The notes under the pieces: model-generated
What the model saw: only the letters and a program-made list of their open reading frames with translations
What the model was told of the DNA's origin: nothing
The model's database searches: none
Position numbers and translations under genes: made by a program
Source of the DNA: Mobula birostris
Lineage: Eukaryota
Direction of reading: 5' to 3'
Length of the DNA: 64,000 bases
Assembly: GCF_030028105.1 (NCBI RefSeq)
Contig: NC_092380.1
Location: 63,051,717 to 63,115,716 of the forward strand
Part shown: positions 1 through 12,709 of the stretch, one piece after another
Layout of the letters: each line of letters starts with the position of its first letter
Numbering within the stretch: the first letter of the stretch is position 1

Positions 1-1045
1 ACAGACAGTGTGATGTTTGCTTCCAGAATTTGCTGGTATTTAATTGAATTCATTCTTCCCTCTACCAGTGAAATGTTCCTCTTGCCACTGGCTGCAACAC
101 AAGCCCAAAGCATGATCGATCCACCCCTATGCTTAACAGTTGGAGAGGTGTTCTTTCCATGAAATTCTGCCCCTTTTTTCTCCAAACATACGCTCATTGC
201 GGCCAAAAAGTTCTATTTTAACTTCATCAGTCCACAGGACTTGTTTCCAAAATGCATCAGTCTTGTTTAGATGTTCCTTTGCAAATTTCTGACGCCGAAT
301 TTTGTGGTGAGGATGCAGGAAAGGCTTTCTTCTGACGACTCTTCCATGAAGGTCATATTTGTGCAGGTGTCGCTGCACGGTAGAACAGTGCACCACCATT
401 CCAGAGTCTGCTAAATCTTCCTGAAGGTCTTTTGCAGTTAAACGGGGGTTTTGATTTGCCTTTCTAGCAATCCTACAAGCAGTTCTCTCAGAAAGTTTTC
501 CTGGTCTTCCAGACCTCAGCTTGACCTCCACCATTCCTGTTAACTGCCATTTCTTAATTACATTACGAACTGAGAAACAGCTATCTGAAACTGCTTTGCT
601 ATCTGCTTATAGCCTTCTCCTGCTTTGTGGGCATCATTTATTTTAATTTTCAGGGTGCTAGGCAGCTGCTTAGAGGAACCCATGGCTGCTGATTGTTGGG
701 ACAAGGTTTGAGGAGTCAGGGTATTTATAAAGCTTTGAAATTTGCATCACCTGGCCTTTCCTAACGATGATTGTGAATAAGCCATACCCCTAACAAGCTA
801 ATTAAGGTCTGAGACCTTGGTAAAAGTTATCTGAGAGCTCAAATCTCACTTTTTCATGGTGCTCCTTTCCTTTTTTTCACTCTAAAATTGTACAAAACAA
901 AAATAATACACTAACCTTGCTTAAAATGTTGAAAAGAATGTTTCATCTTTAACTTCATGACTTTAGGAGATCAGTTCATAGTCTACTCAACTATTCACAG
1001 TAACAGAAATTTTGACCGGGGTGCCCAAACTTTTGCATGCCACTG
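1..1045 (-). mobile_element. Tc1/mariner DNA transposon (left part runs off the window), frameshifted transposase
   Basis: Minus-strand ORF 133..534 has Tc1 motifs (RSGRPGKLS, NPRLTAKDL, VLWTDEVKIELFG). Probable start ATG at 683 with a frameshift near 575. TIR end ...AAACTTTTGCATGCCACTG at 1045 is followed by TA. Confidence 0.93.
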
Positions 1046-1365
1046 TACCTCACCTATATTTTAGGTTACCTAATTTTGGTCATCTTCTGGTAACTGAATT
1101 AAGTGCCAGTATGGCGGGTGACAAGGCTGATCCCAATTCTCTTCTTGAACATTTCTCCATTAAGGATTAATAGATGGTGAAGAAGAGAAATACAAACCAA
1201 ACCAGTGTTCCTTTGCTATACAGTGTACTTTGTCACTTAATGGAGAAATGTGAAATGACCAATTAAGATAACTGAGCCTGCCACTAAGCAGAATAGGATA
1301 TAGGATTTTCTGGTCTGTGTGATCATATGCTACATTATATTGTACATGTTTCCTAAGATTGTTAT

Positions 1366-1870
1366 AGCTGCGGGAGGTAATGGGGATAAGCTCCACTACC
1401 TATTAAATGCTCTCAATGGCATGTGTCTCAGACAGCTTCTGATCTTTACATGTGGTTTAGTCAGAAACCATTTCTACCAATAGAAGAAGGGACAAAGGCA
1501 GGTTACTGCTGCCTTAAAACTTGCAGGCAAATGGGGCTCATCAGCTGTGGTTGGCCACTCACCTAGGAGAAGGAAAACTGATCTCAACCTCCATTGCCTT
1601 GTGGCTATACCTACTCATGTGGAAAGCTTCAGGAGTAAACCCTGAGGAAAAATCCAGGCAGTCCTATATAGAGTTCAATACTGACTGGCAACTCCTGCAA
1701 CACCGCTGGAGCCAAACTGTATCAGGCTCTGCCGTTCCTTTCGACTCATCAGCTACATGGAGAGGGGAGCCAGCTGAATGGGCAATAGCTTGCTCTCCAT
1801 ATCGTGCTGCCTGGCTTCCGTATCACGTAGACAGCCAGGAAGCAACATTCATGGTTAACCTCGACTAAGG
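1366..1870 (+). repeat. ~500-bp non-autonomous interspersed repeat, copy 1 (resembles an RTE-type LINE 5' region)
   Basis: Colinear similarity to 23081-23600 (shared blocks CCACTACCTATTAAAT, CCTTAAAAC, CCCTGAGGA-AAATCC, CATCAGCT-CATGGA). No coding capacity. Family assignment is tentative. Confidence 0.65.
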
Positions 1871-2736
1871 GAGGGCCTCATTATATTGGATATCCAGCTG
1901 TCAAGTAAGCTAGGCTTTTCATTAGTTAGAGAAAATCCAATAACAACAGGCTACAGTTCTATACAAAAAGAAATCAAGAAGGAAGTGTATGTCAAATAGT
2001 GATCAACACCATTATTTGGCATAGAGCACTTGCCTTTCTATAGCTAGTACATTATAAAGGAGTTAATGCATGTTATTATGAGTTCCTAAGCAGATTGAGA
2101 TGATGAGGGAATTTCAAAATGAAAATGCAAAGAAAAGGTAGAAAAGAAACTTAAGTAATTTTGATGTTTTAAAGAACTGTATGTAGTGTGTGTGAGAGAG
2201 AAAAATCATCTTTCGGCCGCACTGTTCCATTAGAATATGTAGCAGAGTAACAGTAAGAAAGTGTGATTACAGTGTGGGAATTGTACATCCACTAGAAAGA
2301 AAAAAGATCATCAGACTCATTAAGTTTGTGTATACATTGTACATTATTGCATTGTAAACACCTCTACTCCGCTGTTATGGCTATTTGAGTTACAGAAATT
2401 TGCCCTTGCATAATTCACAAATCACTACCTAACAGTTGAGATATGGAATATATTCATGCTGTCAGAATTTATGTGATTTAAATTTATAAATAATTCAACA
2501 CAATTTTTTTTCATCTTGCATTCCATGACATACGCATAATTGATGTGACTTTGCATTACAACCATGCCCACTCCCCTGCCTCAGCATGGGGTTGCCTGTA
2601 TTACCTAAAGTGAAAAAGCAAAAAACATAACATACCAATTCATGCTCAACTAGAAAATAGTCTGTTATTCAGTCAAGCAGGTTCCAGGATACGATAGCCC
2701 TCATGACTCACAATCCAAACAAAGTACTTACCTGTA

Positions 2737-2921
2737 AACATGAGGAATTCTGCAGATGCTGGAAATTCAAGCAATATACATCAAATTTGCTGGTGAACGC
2801 AGCAGGCCAGGCAGCATCTCTAGGAAGAGGTACAGTCGACGTTTCGGGCCGAGACTGTACCTCTTCCTAGAGATGCTGCCTGGCCTGCTGCGTTCACCAG
2901 CAAATTTGATGTGTGTTGCTT
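2737..2921. mobile_element. Penelope-like terminal fragment in fold-back (hairpin) form
   Basis: 69-bp inverted arms at 2769-2837 and 2853-2921. Flanking 17-bp TSD CAAAGTACTTAC(C/T)TGTA at 2720-2736 and 2922-2938. Same terminal sequence as 54000-54130. Confidence 0.88.
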
Positions 2922-3417
2922 CAAAGTACTTACTTGTATACCTTGATCCACAGAAGAGCCATGATCATACTTAATGATAGGATAAGCTTGAGGTGGCCAA
3001 CTCTTCTTATTTTCTTGTTTTCTTTTGTACTTGGGGAATTTTTTCCTCTTCTGGGCAATGACTGAGAATCTTATTTGTCTATGTGTTTATTAAGTTACTA
3101 CCTTAACGTACAATCAGTCAATGTTAAATATTAATTCCTGTTAATGAATAATGTACTTAAGTAATATTCCTAATATTTTACTTTATTTTCTTAGTGCAAT
3201 CATTGCCGATTGAAAATTTGAAGGGAACATTCTTTTGGATGATGGACATCTATGCCAGCCTACACATATTTGTAATACATTTTATAATATTTTTATAAGT
3301 AGATTTCTTAAGGATAATGTTTTCAATGTGCCATAGTTATATTTTTAATAATGTATTTTTACAAAAATTTGTGTAAATATCTTGCTTTTTATTTTGGTTC
3401 TCTTATCTCAATAGTAG

Positions 3418-4243
3418 TGTCACACCATGGGTTTTGGTGAGGGTCGCTTGCCCTTATGAAGGTGTGGATTTTAAAAATCAGACGCAGGTCACAAAAGCAC
3501 ATTCAGTGTAGATGTGTTTATGGTGTGCCAGAGGTGAAAAACTTACAGGAAAAAGTGCAAAAATATTTACAGTGCAAAAAATGACAAGATGACAAAAAAA
3601 GAAGATGCAGATATATATCATCGGATCTTTAGGACTAAGCTCCAAAACATCAGTCTGAAGTAATCCACTTCCCTTTGCCCCTCTCCCACCAAAATGAACT
3701 TCTAAGTAAGGATCTCCTTACTCTACAAGAAAAGGGATAGTCCATTCCTTGGAATGCAGAGTAAGTTGTTAACATGAGCCTGAACAATTATATAAAAGCA
3801 AACACAGGAATTCATGTTCTTCTTCACAATTACAGATGTCCACATATACATTCATCACAATAAGATCACAATGATATTGTGTAACACGATCTATCAATAA
3901 CTAACCATTTTCCAGGAGTCATCTCTTTCCTCATCCCCCAAAATGAACTCTTTCACTGAGCCAACACAGAGCATGTGCCACCACAGACAGGCACTTTTTT
4001 TTATGACACCCCCTATCAGTTGGGTCCCCTCCTTGAAACTGGAAGCAATGAAAAAACAGGACACGCTAAAGAATGCCACTGTCCTGGAGTGTGCAAGTAC
4101 AAAAAAGGTGTCCATGCTGCACCTTAGCCTAGTGTGTGAACCCAGTAAGCATAACTTCAGCACTGTCAGACAGGGATAATAAGAATTATTGGGTGGAGGG
4201 GGGGGGAGGAAGAAATTACTAGTGGCAGACGCGCTCTGTCACA
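3418..4243. mobile_element. Solo LTR, 826 bp
   Basis: Begins TGT and ends ACA (TGTCACA...TGTCACA). 5-bp TSD AGTAG at 3413-3417 and 4244-4248. TATA-like motifs inside. Confidence 0.8.
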
Positions 4244-5061
4244 AGTAGAAAGATGTTTTTATCTGAGAGGGGCATTCTTAAGCCAAATTTATTGGATGTA
4301 TGAGACATCTTTCACTCTGCTGGCTTCTTCCAGCTTGTACATTAATGTAATAATTACTTAAATAATTTTTAATTCTGGCTCAATGCTCATTTATTCTATT
4401 TTGTCTCATGCACCCTGAAAAATCCTGCATATATGGCCAAAAAATTTGACCTCTGTTATGAGCCTGATAGTGACAGTGAAATATACCAAGATGAAGATGT
4501 CAACTTCAGAAGGCATCAAAATCTAATCTGATTTGGTCCATGGCATGCACTCCATTCTGTGGTTTCTAAGATGGTACGGAAGGTGCTGCAACCCTGGATG
4601 ATTTTCACTTCAATCATCTGAGGCTGTTCTCTTCAACAAGGAGATCAGTGAAACCAGCTCACTCAGAGATCAACAGTTCTTGATATCTATAGTTAAGTTT
4701 CATTTCATGCAATGTATTCAATCAATTATATTTTATATACCACACATGGATCTTTCCTAACAATGTTTGTGAAGACTGGGAGGTTAGGATTTCCAATGGA
4801 ATGTACTGCTACATTGCGGTATTTCACTGCTAAAGGAGTATTTCTGCTCCTTTGTCTAGTCCTTTTGGAATAAGTAACTTTGCACCTTTCTGGGGCCTCT
4901 TTATTCTATTCTAAATTAGAACAAATAGTCTTTGAGTAATCTGTGCTACTGAATGTTGGTTAAGTCACTAAATTTGCACAGTGCTAATCCCACACTGGTT
5001 TGAATGAGTGTTGAAACTGTACCTTGGGTGTCAGTAATTACACACACAGTATATTTTAGCA

Positions 5062-5920
5062 ACAGAATCAGAATTGGGTTTACTAGCATTAGCAAATGTC
5101 ATGAAAGGTGTTGTTTTGTGGCAGCAGTACAGTGGGATACAAAATAAAATGACCAAGTTACAATAAGAGATAAAATAAATGAATAGTGCAAAAGGGGAAA
5201 AGTGATGTAGTGTTCATGGATTCTTAGTCCATTTAGATATCTGTTGGCAGAATGGAAGAAGCTGTACCTAAAACACTCAGTGTGCACCTTCAGGTTTGGT
5301 ATCTCTTTCTGATGGTAGTCATGAAAAAGAGGGCATGTCCTGGATGGACCCTAATGACAAATGCTGCCTAATTGAGGCATTGCCTTTTGAAGACATCCTT
5401 GATGATGGGGAGGTTTGTGCAGAGTCTACAACCACCTGCAGCCTCTTTCAATCTGTGCAATGGAACCTCCAAACCAGGCCAGTGGTGCAACCAGTCGGAG
5501 TACCCTCCAAAGTACATTGCTAGAAATCTGCTAGTTTTTGGTGACCTATCAAAGTGTAGCTGCTTGCGACCCTTCTTCATGATTGTATCAATATGTTTTG
5601 CCCACAATCCTCTGAGATGTGATGCTAAGACACTTGAAGCTGCTCACCTTTTCCACTGCTGACATCTGAATGAGGACTGGTGTGTGTTCTCCTGACTTCA
5701 CCTTCCTAAAGTCCACAATCAGTTCCTTGGTTTTGAAGTTGAGTGCACAGTTGTTGTTGTGATGCCATTTAACCAGCTGATCAATCACACTCCTGCACCT
5801 CCCTTCACCATCTAGCCAATGACAGTGGTGTCAATGGCAAATTTATTCTGTAGATGGTGTTTGAGCCGTGTCTAACCACGTATTCATGAGTGTAGAAGAG
5901 TAGAGCAGTAGGCTAGCATG
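5062..5920 (-). mobile_element. Rex1/Babar-type LINE 3' fragment
   Basis: Minus-strand RT C-terminal motifs (LNFKTKELIVDFRK, VEKVSSFKCL) and a short tandem 3' tail (TCTGATTCT). Confidence 0.8.
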
Positions 5921-7289
5921 CATTTTGTTTATTTTAACAATTATTTTAATTTTAACAATTAAGTATTAAACAACAATGTAATACCAGTAAAACTCTGTCT
6001 TGCTTTGCACCTATATGAGATAGCCCAATTACAGTTTTGAAAGTTGTGTGTCCTTTGCTTTCAAAGTACAATGAGCATTTTGAAAATGATCACCCGACAC
6101 AATCTAAACCACAGAGACTGTATAAACTAGAAAATAAAATACTTCTTCATAAGGAAAGTTACAGTAATACAGCATCAGTTCAAGAAAAGTAGCAAGAATC
6201 TGGATCAAAATCTTTAATTTTTCAATTTCAAACACTTGTTAAGATATGGAGATAGGATTCTAATCTGTGTTCTTCCATTGGTCTGATGTTATCAAGCTAC
6301 AAATATATAATAAGACTTTATTCAAATAAATTATTTAGTGCATACTTCTGACCATTATCAGTTGGATTGTCATCTATAGCTATTAAGGTACATTGAGCCG
6401 ACTGGAGCACATCCTAATGATGTTGCTCCTCTTCTTTCATTAGGTCCTTCTACTGATATTTTTTAACAATTCTTCATATATACAGTATGCTAATGACAGA
6501 TTCACCATCAAATCTGCATACAGCTCTGTATCTTACGCTGCCAGACTATTTGTTTCAAATTTGTGCCACTGTTAAATTGTCTTCTCAGACAATTTGAACA
6601 CCTTCCTTGCATTTTTCTAAACTTATGTACCACTTGTAACATGTTTCCCTATGAAGATTTAGTTTAATTTCCAATCTTATTGAAAATAAGAAGTGTTCTA
6701 GCAAGTTTTTGACAGGTTATTGTATCACAGACGCTTCAAAAAAAGTGAAAGATCATAGATTCAAGGGAGGATATCAAATTGGACTCGGAACTGGCTCAGT
6801 CGCAGGCAGCAAAGGTTAGTGGATATTAGGCTTGTTTTGTGACTGGAAGGCTGTTTTCAATGGACTCTGCTACTCTGTCCCTTGCTATTTAAATATTTAT
6901 AATTTTGTCCTAAATCTTAGGGGTATTATCAGAGTTTACAGACAATACAAAAATTGGCGTTATGGTTGACAGTGAGGAGAACAGTTTAAACTGAAGGAAG
7001 ACTCCAGTGACCTGATTAATCAGAAGTAGAAATGGAATTTTGCCCAGAGAAAAACTGTAAGGCTTTGCATTTGGGGAAGTTACTTTATCCAAGGATAGTT
7101 TTCAGATGGCAACTGGGGCAATTGTGTACTCCTTCTGAGGGAACTGTATGCTCCTGAGGAAGTAGTAGATCAGAGAAATGTCCGGTGTTCCTGGTGGCTA
7201 CTCCTGTGAGTAGTATGTCCAACTGTAGCTCCTGACTGACTACACTGAGCAGATGGAGCTGCAATTAGACTTGAACCAGTTTTCATTAG

Positions 7290-8000
7290 GGAATCAGAGA
7301 TAGAGAAGGTCAGTATTATATCAGAGAATCTGTTCTGAGGCCAGCACATAAGTGCATCACAAAGAAGGCATGACACACCACTACTTTCTGAGAAGTCTGT
7401 GTAGATTCAGCATGGCACTTAAAAATGACAAACTTCCATAGGTGCACAGTGGAGAGTATCCTAACTGGTTGCACCATGGCCTCGTATGGAAACACCAATG
7501 CCCAGGAACAGAAAGTGGTGGATACAGCCCAGTCCATCATAGGTAAAGCCCTCCTCAACACTGAACGTACAGTATTTATATGGAGTGCTACCACAAGAAT
7601 GCAGCATCCATCATCAACGATTCCCACCATCCAGGCCATCCTCTCTTCTCACTACTACCATCAGGCCAGGAGCCTTTGGTCCCACACCAACCGGTTCAGA
7701 ATCAGTTATAACCCTACAACCATCAGGCTCCTGAACCAGCATGGATAGCTTCACCCACCATAACTCTGAACTGATTTCACAACCTACAGACTCACTTTCA
7801 AGGACTCTACAACTCAGGTTCTCAGTATTATTTATTTTTCTTTTGCGCAATAACTGTTTATCAGTCTTTATGAATAGTTTTTTCATAAATTCTATTGTAT
7901 TTCTTTATTTTCCTGTAAATGCCTGCAAGAAAATGAATCTCAAGGTAGTATATTGTAACATATGTACTTTGATAATAAATTTATTTACTTTTGACTTTGA
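7290..8000 (+). mobile_element. Rex1/Babar-type LINE 3' fragment
   Basis: ORF 7425 (NFHRCTVESILTGCTMASYGN...KVVDTAQSIIG) and a tail AATAAA...TTTGACTTTGAC. Confidence 0.82.
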
Positions 8001-8374
8001 CTGTGATGTTGACAGCATCATAGAGAGGAGCCAGGTCTGCTGTATAGTGGCTCACACTAATGCACAGCATGGGAAGCTGGAGACAGCAGAATTGCAGTGA
8101 TAGAAAGCTCTAATTAGGGGACAGACAGGAGACTCTGTGACTGCAAGTAAGACTCCCAAGATGGTGCATTACTTCCCGGATGGCAGGGTCAAGAATGTTC
8201 TGAAGGCTTGCAGAACGTTCTCAAGGGAAGGTGAGCAACCACAGGTCATGATGCATAATGGTAGCAATGATGTAGGCTGGAAAGGTCCTGCAGAATGACT
8301 TCATCCCTCATGTTAGTGAGGGTAGAATCAGGAAAATGCTTCAGATGGAAGGGTGGCTGACGAACTAGTGCAGG

Positions 8375-8735
8375 ATATACCACACTCCTCAGTGTCCTAC
8401 TATTCACTGTGTAAGTTCTACCCTGGTTTGTCCTCGCAAACTGCAACACTCTCACACTTGCCTGCATTAAATTCCATCTGCGATTTTTCATCCCATTTTT
8501 CCAGCTGGTCCTGATCCCGCTGCAGGTTTTCATAGCCTTCCTCGCTGTCTAAGGTCCCCAATCTTGGTGTCATCTGCAAATTTTCTGATTCAGTTTACCA
8601 CATTATCATCCAGATCATTGATCATTGACAAACAGTAGCACTGATCCCTGAGGCACACGACTAGTCATAGACCTCCAGTCAGAGAGGCAACCATCTACTA
8701 CCACTCTCTGGCTTCTCCAGCAAAGTCAGTATTTT
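8375..8735 (-). mobile_element. CR1 LINE RT fragment
   Basis: Minus strand reads VPQGSV...KFADDTKIG; similar to 32880-33330. Confidence 0.75.
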
Positions 8736-10306
8736 ATCCAATCTAATGTGGTTGAATGATGATGGGCAGAATGACAATTTAATGCCCCAGGATACACGTG
8801 CATAGACATGAAAGAGGAAGAAGTAAGAGAGGAGGGAATTGCATGTTTGATTCGGGAGAATATCATGCCAGTACTTGGAAAGAATATTCCTTGAGCATCA
8901 TCCATTTGGGCTATATGGGTGAAACCTAAAAATAAGAAGTGGATGATCACTTTCATGGGATTGTACTGTAGACCCCCCCCCAACAATAGTTATTAAGAAT
9001 GATAGGGTTGTAACACCAGGTGATTGAGATCTCCCAAATATTGACAGGGACTGCCATATTGCCAAGACGTTGGATGCAGTTTCCTTTATTAGCTAACATA
9101 TGTAAAAACAAGGAGGTTATCCCAGAGCTCAATATAACACTAGAAAAACCACAGATTGAAGTTCTCATTACTACATTACATAAAAATAACTACACTTAAC
9201 TGGGTGCAGAGGAGATTTATTGGGATGTTATCGAGTGCTAAGAAGAATGATTGGATAAGAGGAAATTGAGAGGGAAGAGGTGTATGAAACTGAGTCCTAG
9301 ATCAAATAAATAGGATAGAGTTATTTCCCTTAGCAGAAAGGTCCAAAAAACAGGGCAGAACTTTAAAATAATTAGTAGGAACACTCGGAGAGGAAATAAG
9401 GTTTTTAAACCCAGAATTTTGAAGCTCACTTTGTGAAAAGATGGTCAAGGCAGAAACTATCACTTCATTTTAAAAAGCATTTGGATGTGTGCTTGAAGAC
9501 CCATGGCATGCAGCACTCCCACTGACCAGGTCCAGAAGGTACAATTGGGTTATGTTGCTCTATTACACTTGGCATAGAGCAAACAGATGAAATGACCAGT
9601 TGTTTTAATATAAATTTCCTATGATATTAAATCAAAACTGGCAGTACAAAAGTTTTGTAGTTTAAATGAAAAGTAGAAAACTGCTGGTGGTATAAATTTG
9701 AAATCAAAACAGATTAAAGGCCATCAGCATCAACATTTAACTCTCTTTTCACATTTGCAACCTGACCTGCTGAGCGTTTCTAATGGTTTGTTTTTATTCC
9801 CATTTCATTGTTATACAAGTGGAAATACCACACAGTACTTGCGATAGAGTGGAGTCCAAATATAGAAATCCTTGTCACATGTGTATACATTCAGTGGCCA
9901 CTTTATTAGGTACACCTGCAAATATACAATCAGCTAATCATGTGGCACCACAATATCTACCCTACAATCACCATCAACACAGATACACAGAACACAGAAT
10001 CTTACAGCACAGCACATGAACAGGCCTTTGGCCCACAATGTTGTGCCGAACCAGCTAAAAAGTAAATCAAAAACTCATCCCTCCTACCTACACAATGTCC
10101 ATATCTCTTCATCTTCCTGATATTCATGTGCCTATCTAATTATCTCTTAAAAGCCTGTAATGATTTTGTCTCTACCACCATACCAGACATCCTCCACTTT
10201 CTGAGTAAAAACATCCCCCTTGAACCTACCCCCTCTCCCCTTCAATGTATGCCCTCTGGTATTAGACATTTCTACCCTGGGTAAAAGGTACTCCTTGTCT
10301 GCTCTA

Positions 10307-12709
10307 CCTTGGTACTAGAAAGTTTGTGAACCCTGTAGAATTTTCTCTTATTTCTGGATAAATAATACCTAAAATGTGATCAGATCTTCACACAAGTCCT
10401 AAAACTAGATAAGGAGAACCCAATTAAATAAATAACACAAAAAACATAATACTTGTTCATTTATGTATTGAGAAAATAATCCAATATTACATGTATTTGT
10501 TGGAAAAAGTATGTGAACCTTTGCTTTCAGTAACTGGTGTGACCCCCTTGTATAGCAATAACTTCAGCCAAACATTTCTGTTAACTGCTGATCAGTCCTG
10601 CACATTGGCTTGGAGGAATTTTAGGCCATTCCTCCTTACAAAAGTACTTCATCACTGGAATGTTGGTGGGATTCCTTGCATGAACTGCTTGCTTCAGGTC
10701 CTTCCAGAACATTTCTATAGGATTTTTCTTAGAAAAATAGAGGGTTATGGGTAACCCTAGGTAATTTCTAAGGTAAGTACATGTTCAACACAGCATGGTG
10801 GGCCAAAGGGCCTGTACTATGCTGTAGGTTTTCTATGTTTCTATGACTAAGGACTTTGACTTCGCCATTCCAAAACATGAATTTTCTTCTTTTTAAACCA
10901 TTCTGTTGTTGATTTACTCTTGTCTTTCAGTTCATTGGCTTGATGCATTATCCAACTTCTATTAAGCTTCAGGTGGTGGATTGCTACCCTAACATTCTCC
11001 TGTAAAATGTCTTGATACAATTTTGAATTCATTGTTCCCTCAACTATTGCAAGCTGTCCAGGCCCTGAGGCAGCAAAACAGGCCCAAACTATGATGCTCC
11101 TTCCAACATACTTCACAGTTGGGATGAGGTTTTCGTGTGGGTGTGCAGTGCCCTTTTTCCTACAAACATAGCAATGTGCAGTTTTGCCAAAAAAATCAAC
11201 TTTTATCTTTCCACAGAACATTGTCCCAGAAGCACTGTAGAACATCCAGGTGGTCTTTTGCAAACTGGAAACGAGCAGCAATGTGTTTTTGGAGAGCAGT
11301 GGTTTCCTCCATGGTGTCTTTCTATGAACACCATTCTTGTTCAGTATTTTTCTTATAGTGGCCACATGAACGGAGACTTTAGTAAGTTCTAAAGATTTCT
11401 GCAGGTCTTTTGTTGTTACCCTTGGGTTCTTTTTCACCTCCTTCGGCATTGCATGTTGTGCTCTTGGTGTGATGTTTGCAGGACACCCACTCCTAGGGGG
11501 AGTAGCAACAGTACTGAGTTTTCTCCATTTGTAGACAATTACTGTGGACAGAAGAACACTCAGATCTTTAGAAATGCTTTTGTAGCCTTTTACAGCTTCA
11601 TGCATCTCTACAATTCTTCTAAAATCCTCTGAAAGTTGATCAAGGCATGGTGCATATAAACAGATCTTTCTTGAGAAGAACAGGCTCTGTCAGTTACACA
11701 ACTTTGTGTGTCTTTTTTACAGGGCAGGGCACCTCTACAACCCACACCTTCAATCTCATCTCATTGATTGGAACACCTGACTCCAAATAGCTTTTGTAGA
11801 AGGCATTATCCCAGAGGTTCACAAACTTTTTCCAATACATGTAATATTTAGTAATGTTTCTCAATAAATAAATAAACAAGTATAACTTTTTTGCATTATT
11901 ATTTAATTGGGTTTTCTTTATCTAGTTTTAGATTTAGATTTAGATTATGAGGACACACAGTCCTCTTTTATTGTCATTTAGTAATGCATGCATTAAGAAA
12001 TGATACAATTTGTCCCTCCAGAATGATATCACAGAAACACAAGACAAACCAAGACTAAAAAAACTGACAAAAACCATATAATTATAACATATAGTTACAA
12101 CAGTGCAAAGCAATACCATAATTTGATGAAGAACAGACCATGGGCACGTAAAAAAAAGTCTCAAAGTCTCTTGTAAGTCCCATCATCTCACGCAGATGGT
12201 TGATGGGAGAAACTCTCCCTGCCATGAGCTTCCAGCGCTGCAAACTTGCCGATGCAGCATCCTGGAAGCACCCCGAACACAGTCCAACTCTGAGTCCGTC
12301 CGAAAACTTCGAGCCTCCGACCAGCCCTCCGACACCGAGCACCGAGCACCATCTCTGCCAAGCGCTTCGACCCTGGCCCTGCCAACAGGCAACAGGCAAA
12401 GCCGAGGATCTGGGGCCTTTCCCTCCAGAGATTCTCGATCACACAGTAGCAGCAGCAGTGAAGCAGGCATTTCAGAAGTTCTCCAGGTGTTCCTCCGTGC
12501 TTCTTCACATCTGTCTCCATCAAATCAGGATTGTGCATGGCATCCTACTTCACAAATGCGATATCATTCGGAGCGGCCGCGCGCGCTGCGTCACGCCGCC
12601 ATCTTCTCCTCCCCTTAGAACTTACATGAAGATCAGATTATATTTTAGGACATATTTATGCAGAAATAGAGAAAATTCTGTATGGTTCACAAGCTCTCTA
12701 ATGCCACTG
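10307..12709 (-). mobile_element. Tc1 transposon with long TIRs and a disrupted transposase
   Basis: TA at 10305-06 and 12710-11. TIRs (GGTACTAGAAAGTTTGTGAACC / GGTTCACAAGCTCTCTAATGCCACTG). ORF 10847..11605 has PTVKYVGRSIIVWACF and LEWRSQSP; the NPIE half of the SPDLNPIE motif resumes near 10724 after a ~120-bp CR1 3' insert. Confidence 0.92.
11930..12614 (-). mobile_element. CpG-rich non-autonomous retroposon inserted in the Tc1 TIR
   Basis: Minus strand begins GGGGAGGAGAAGATGGCGGCG and ends GACAATAAAAG...(TCTAAA)n. It interrupts the right TIR, as seen by comparison with the intact left TIR, with a short TTAGA duplication. Confidence 0.75.
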
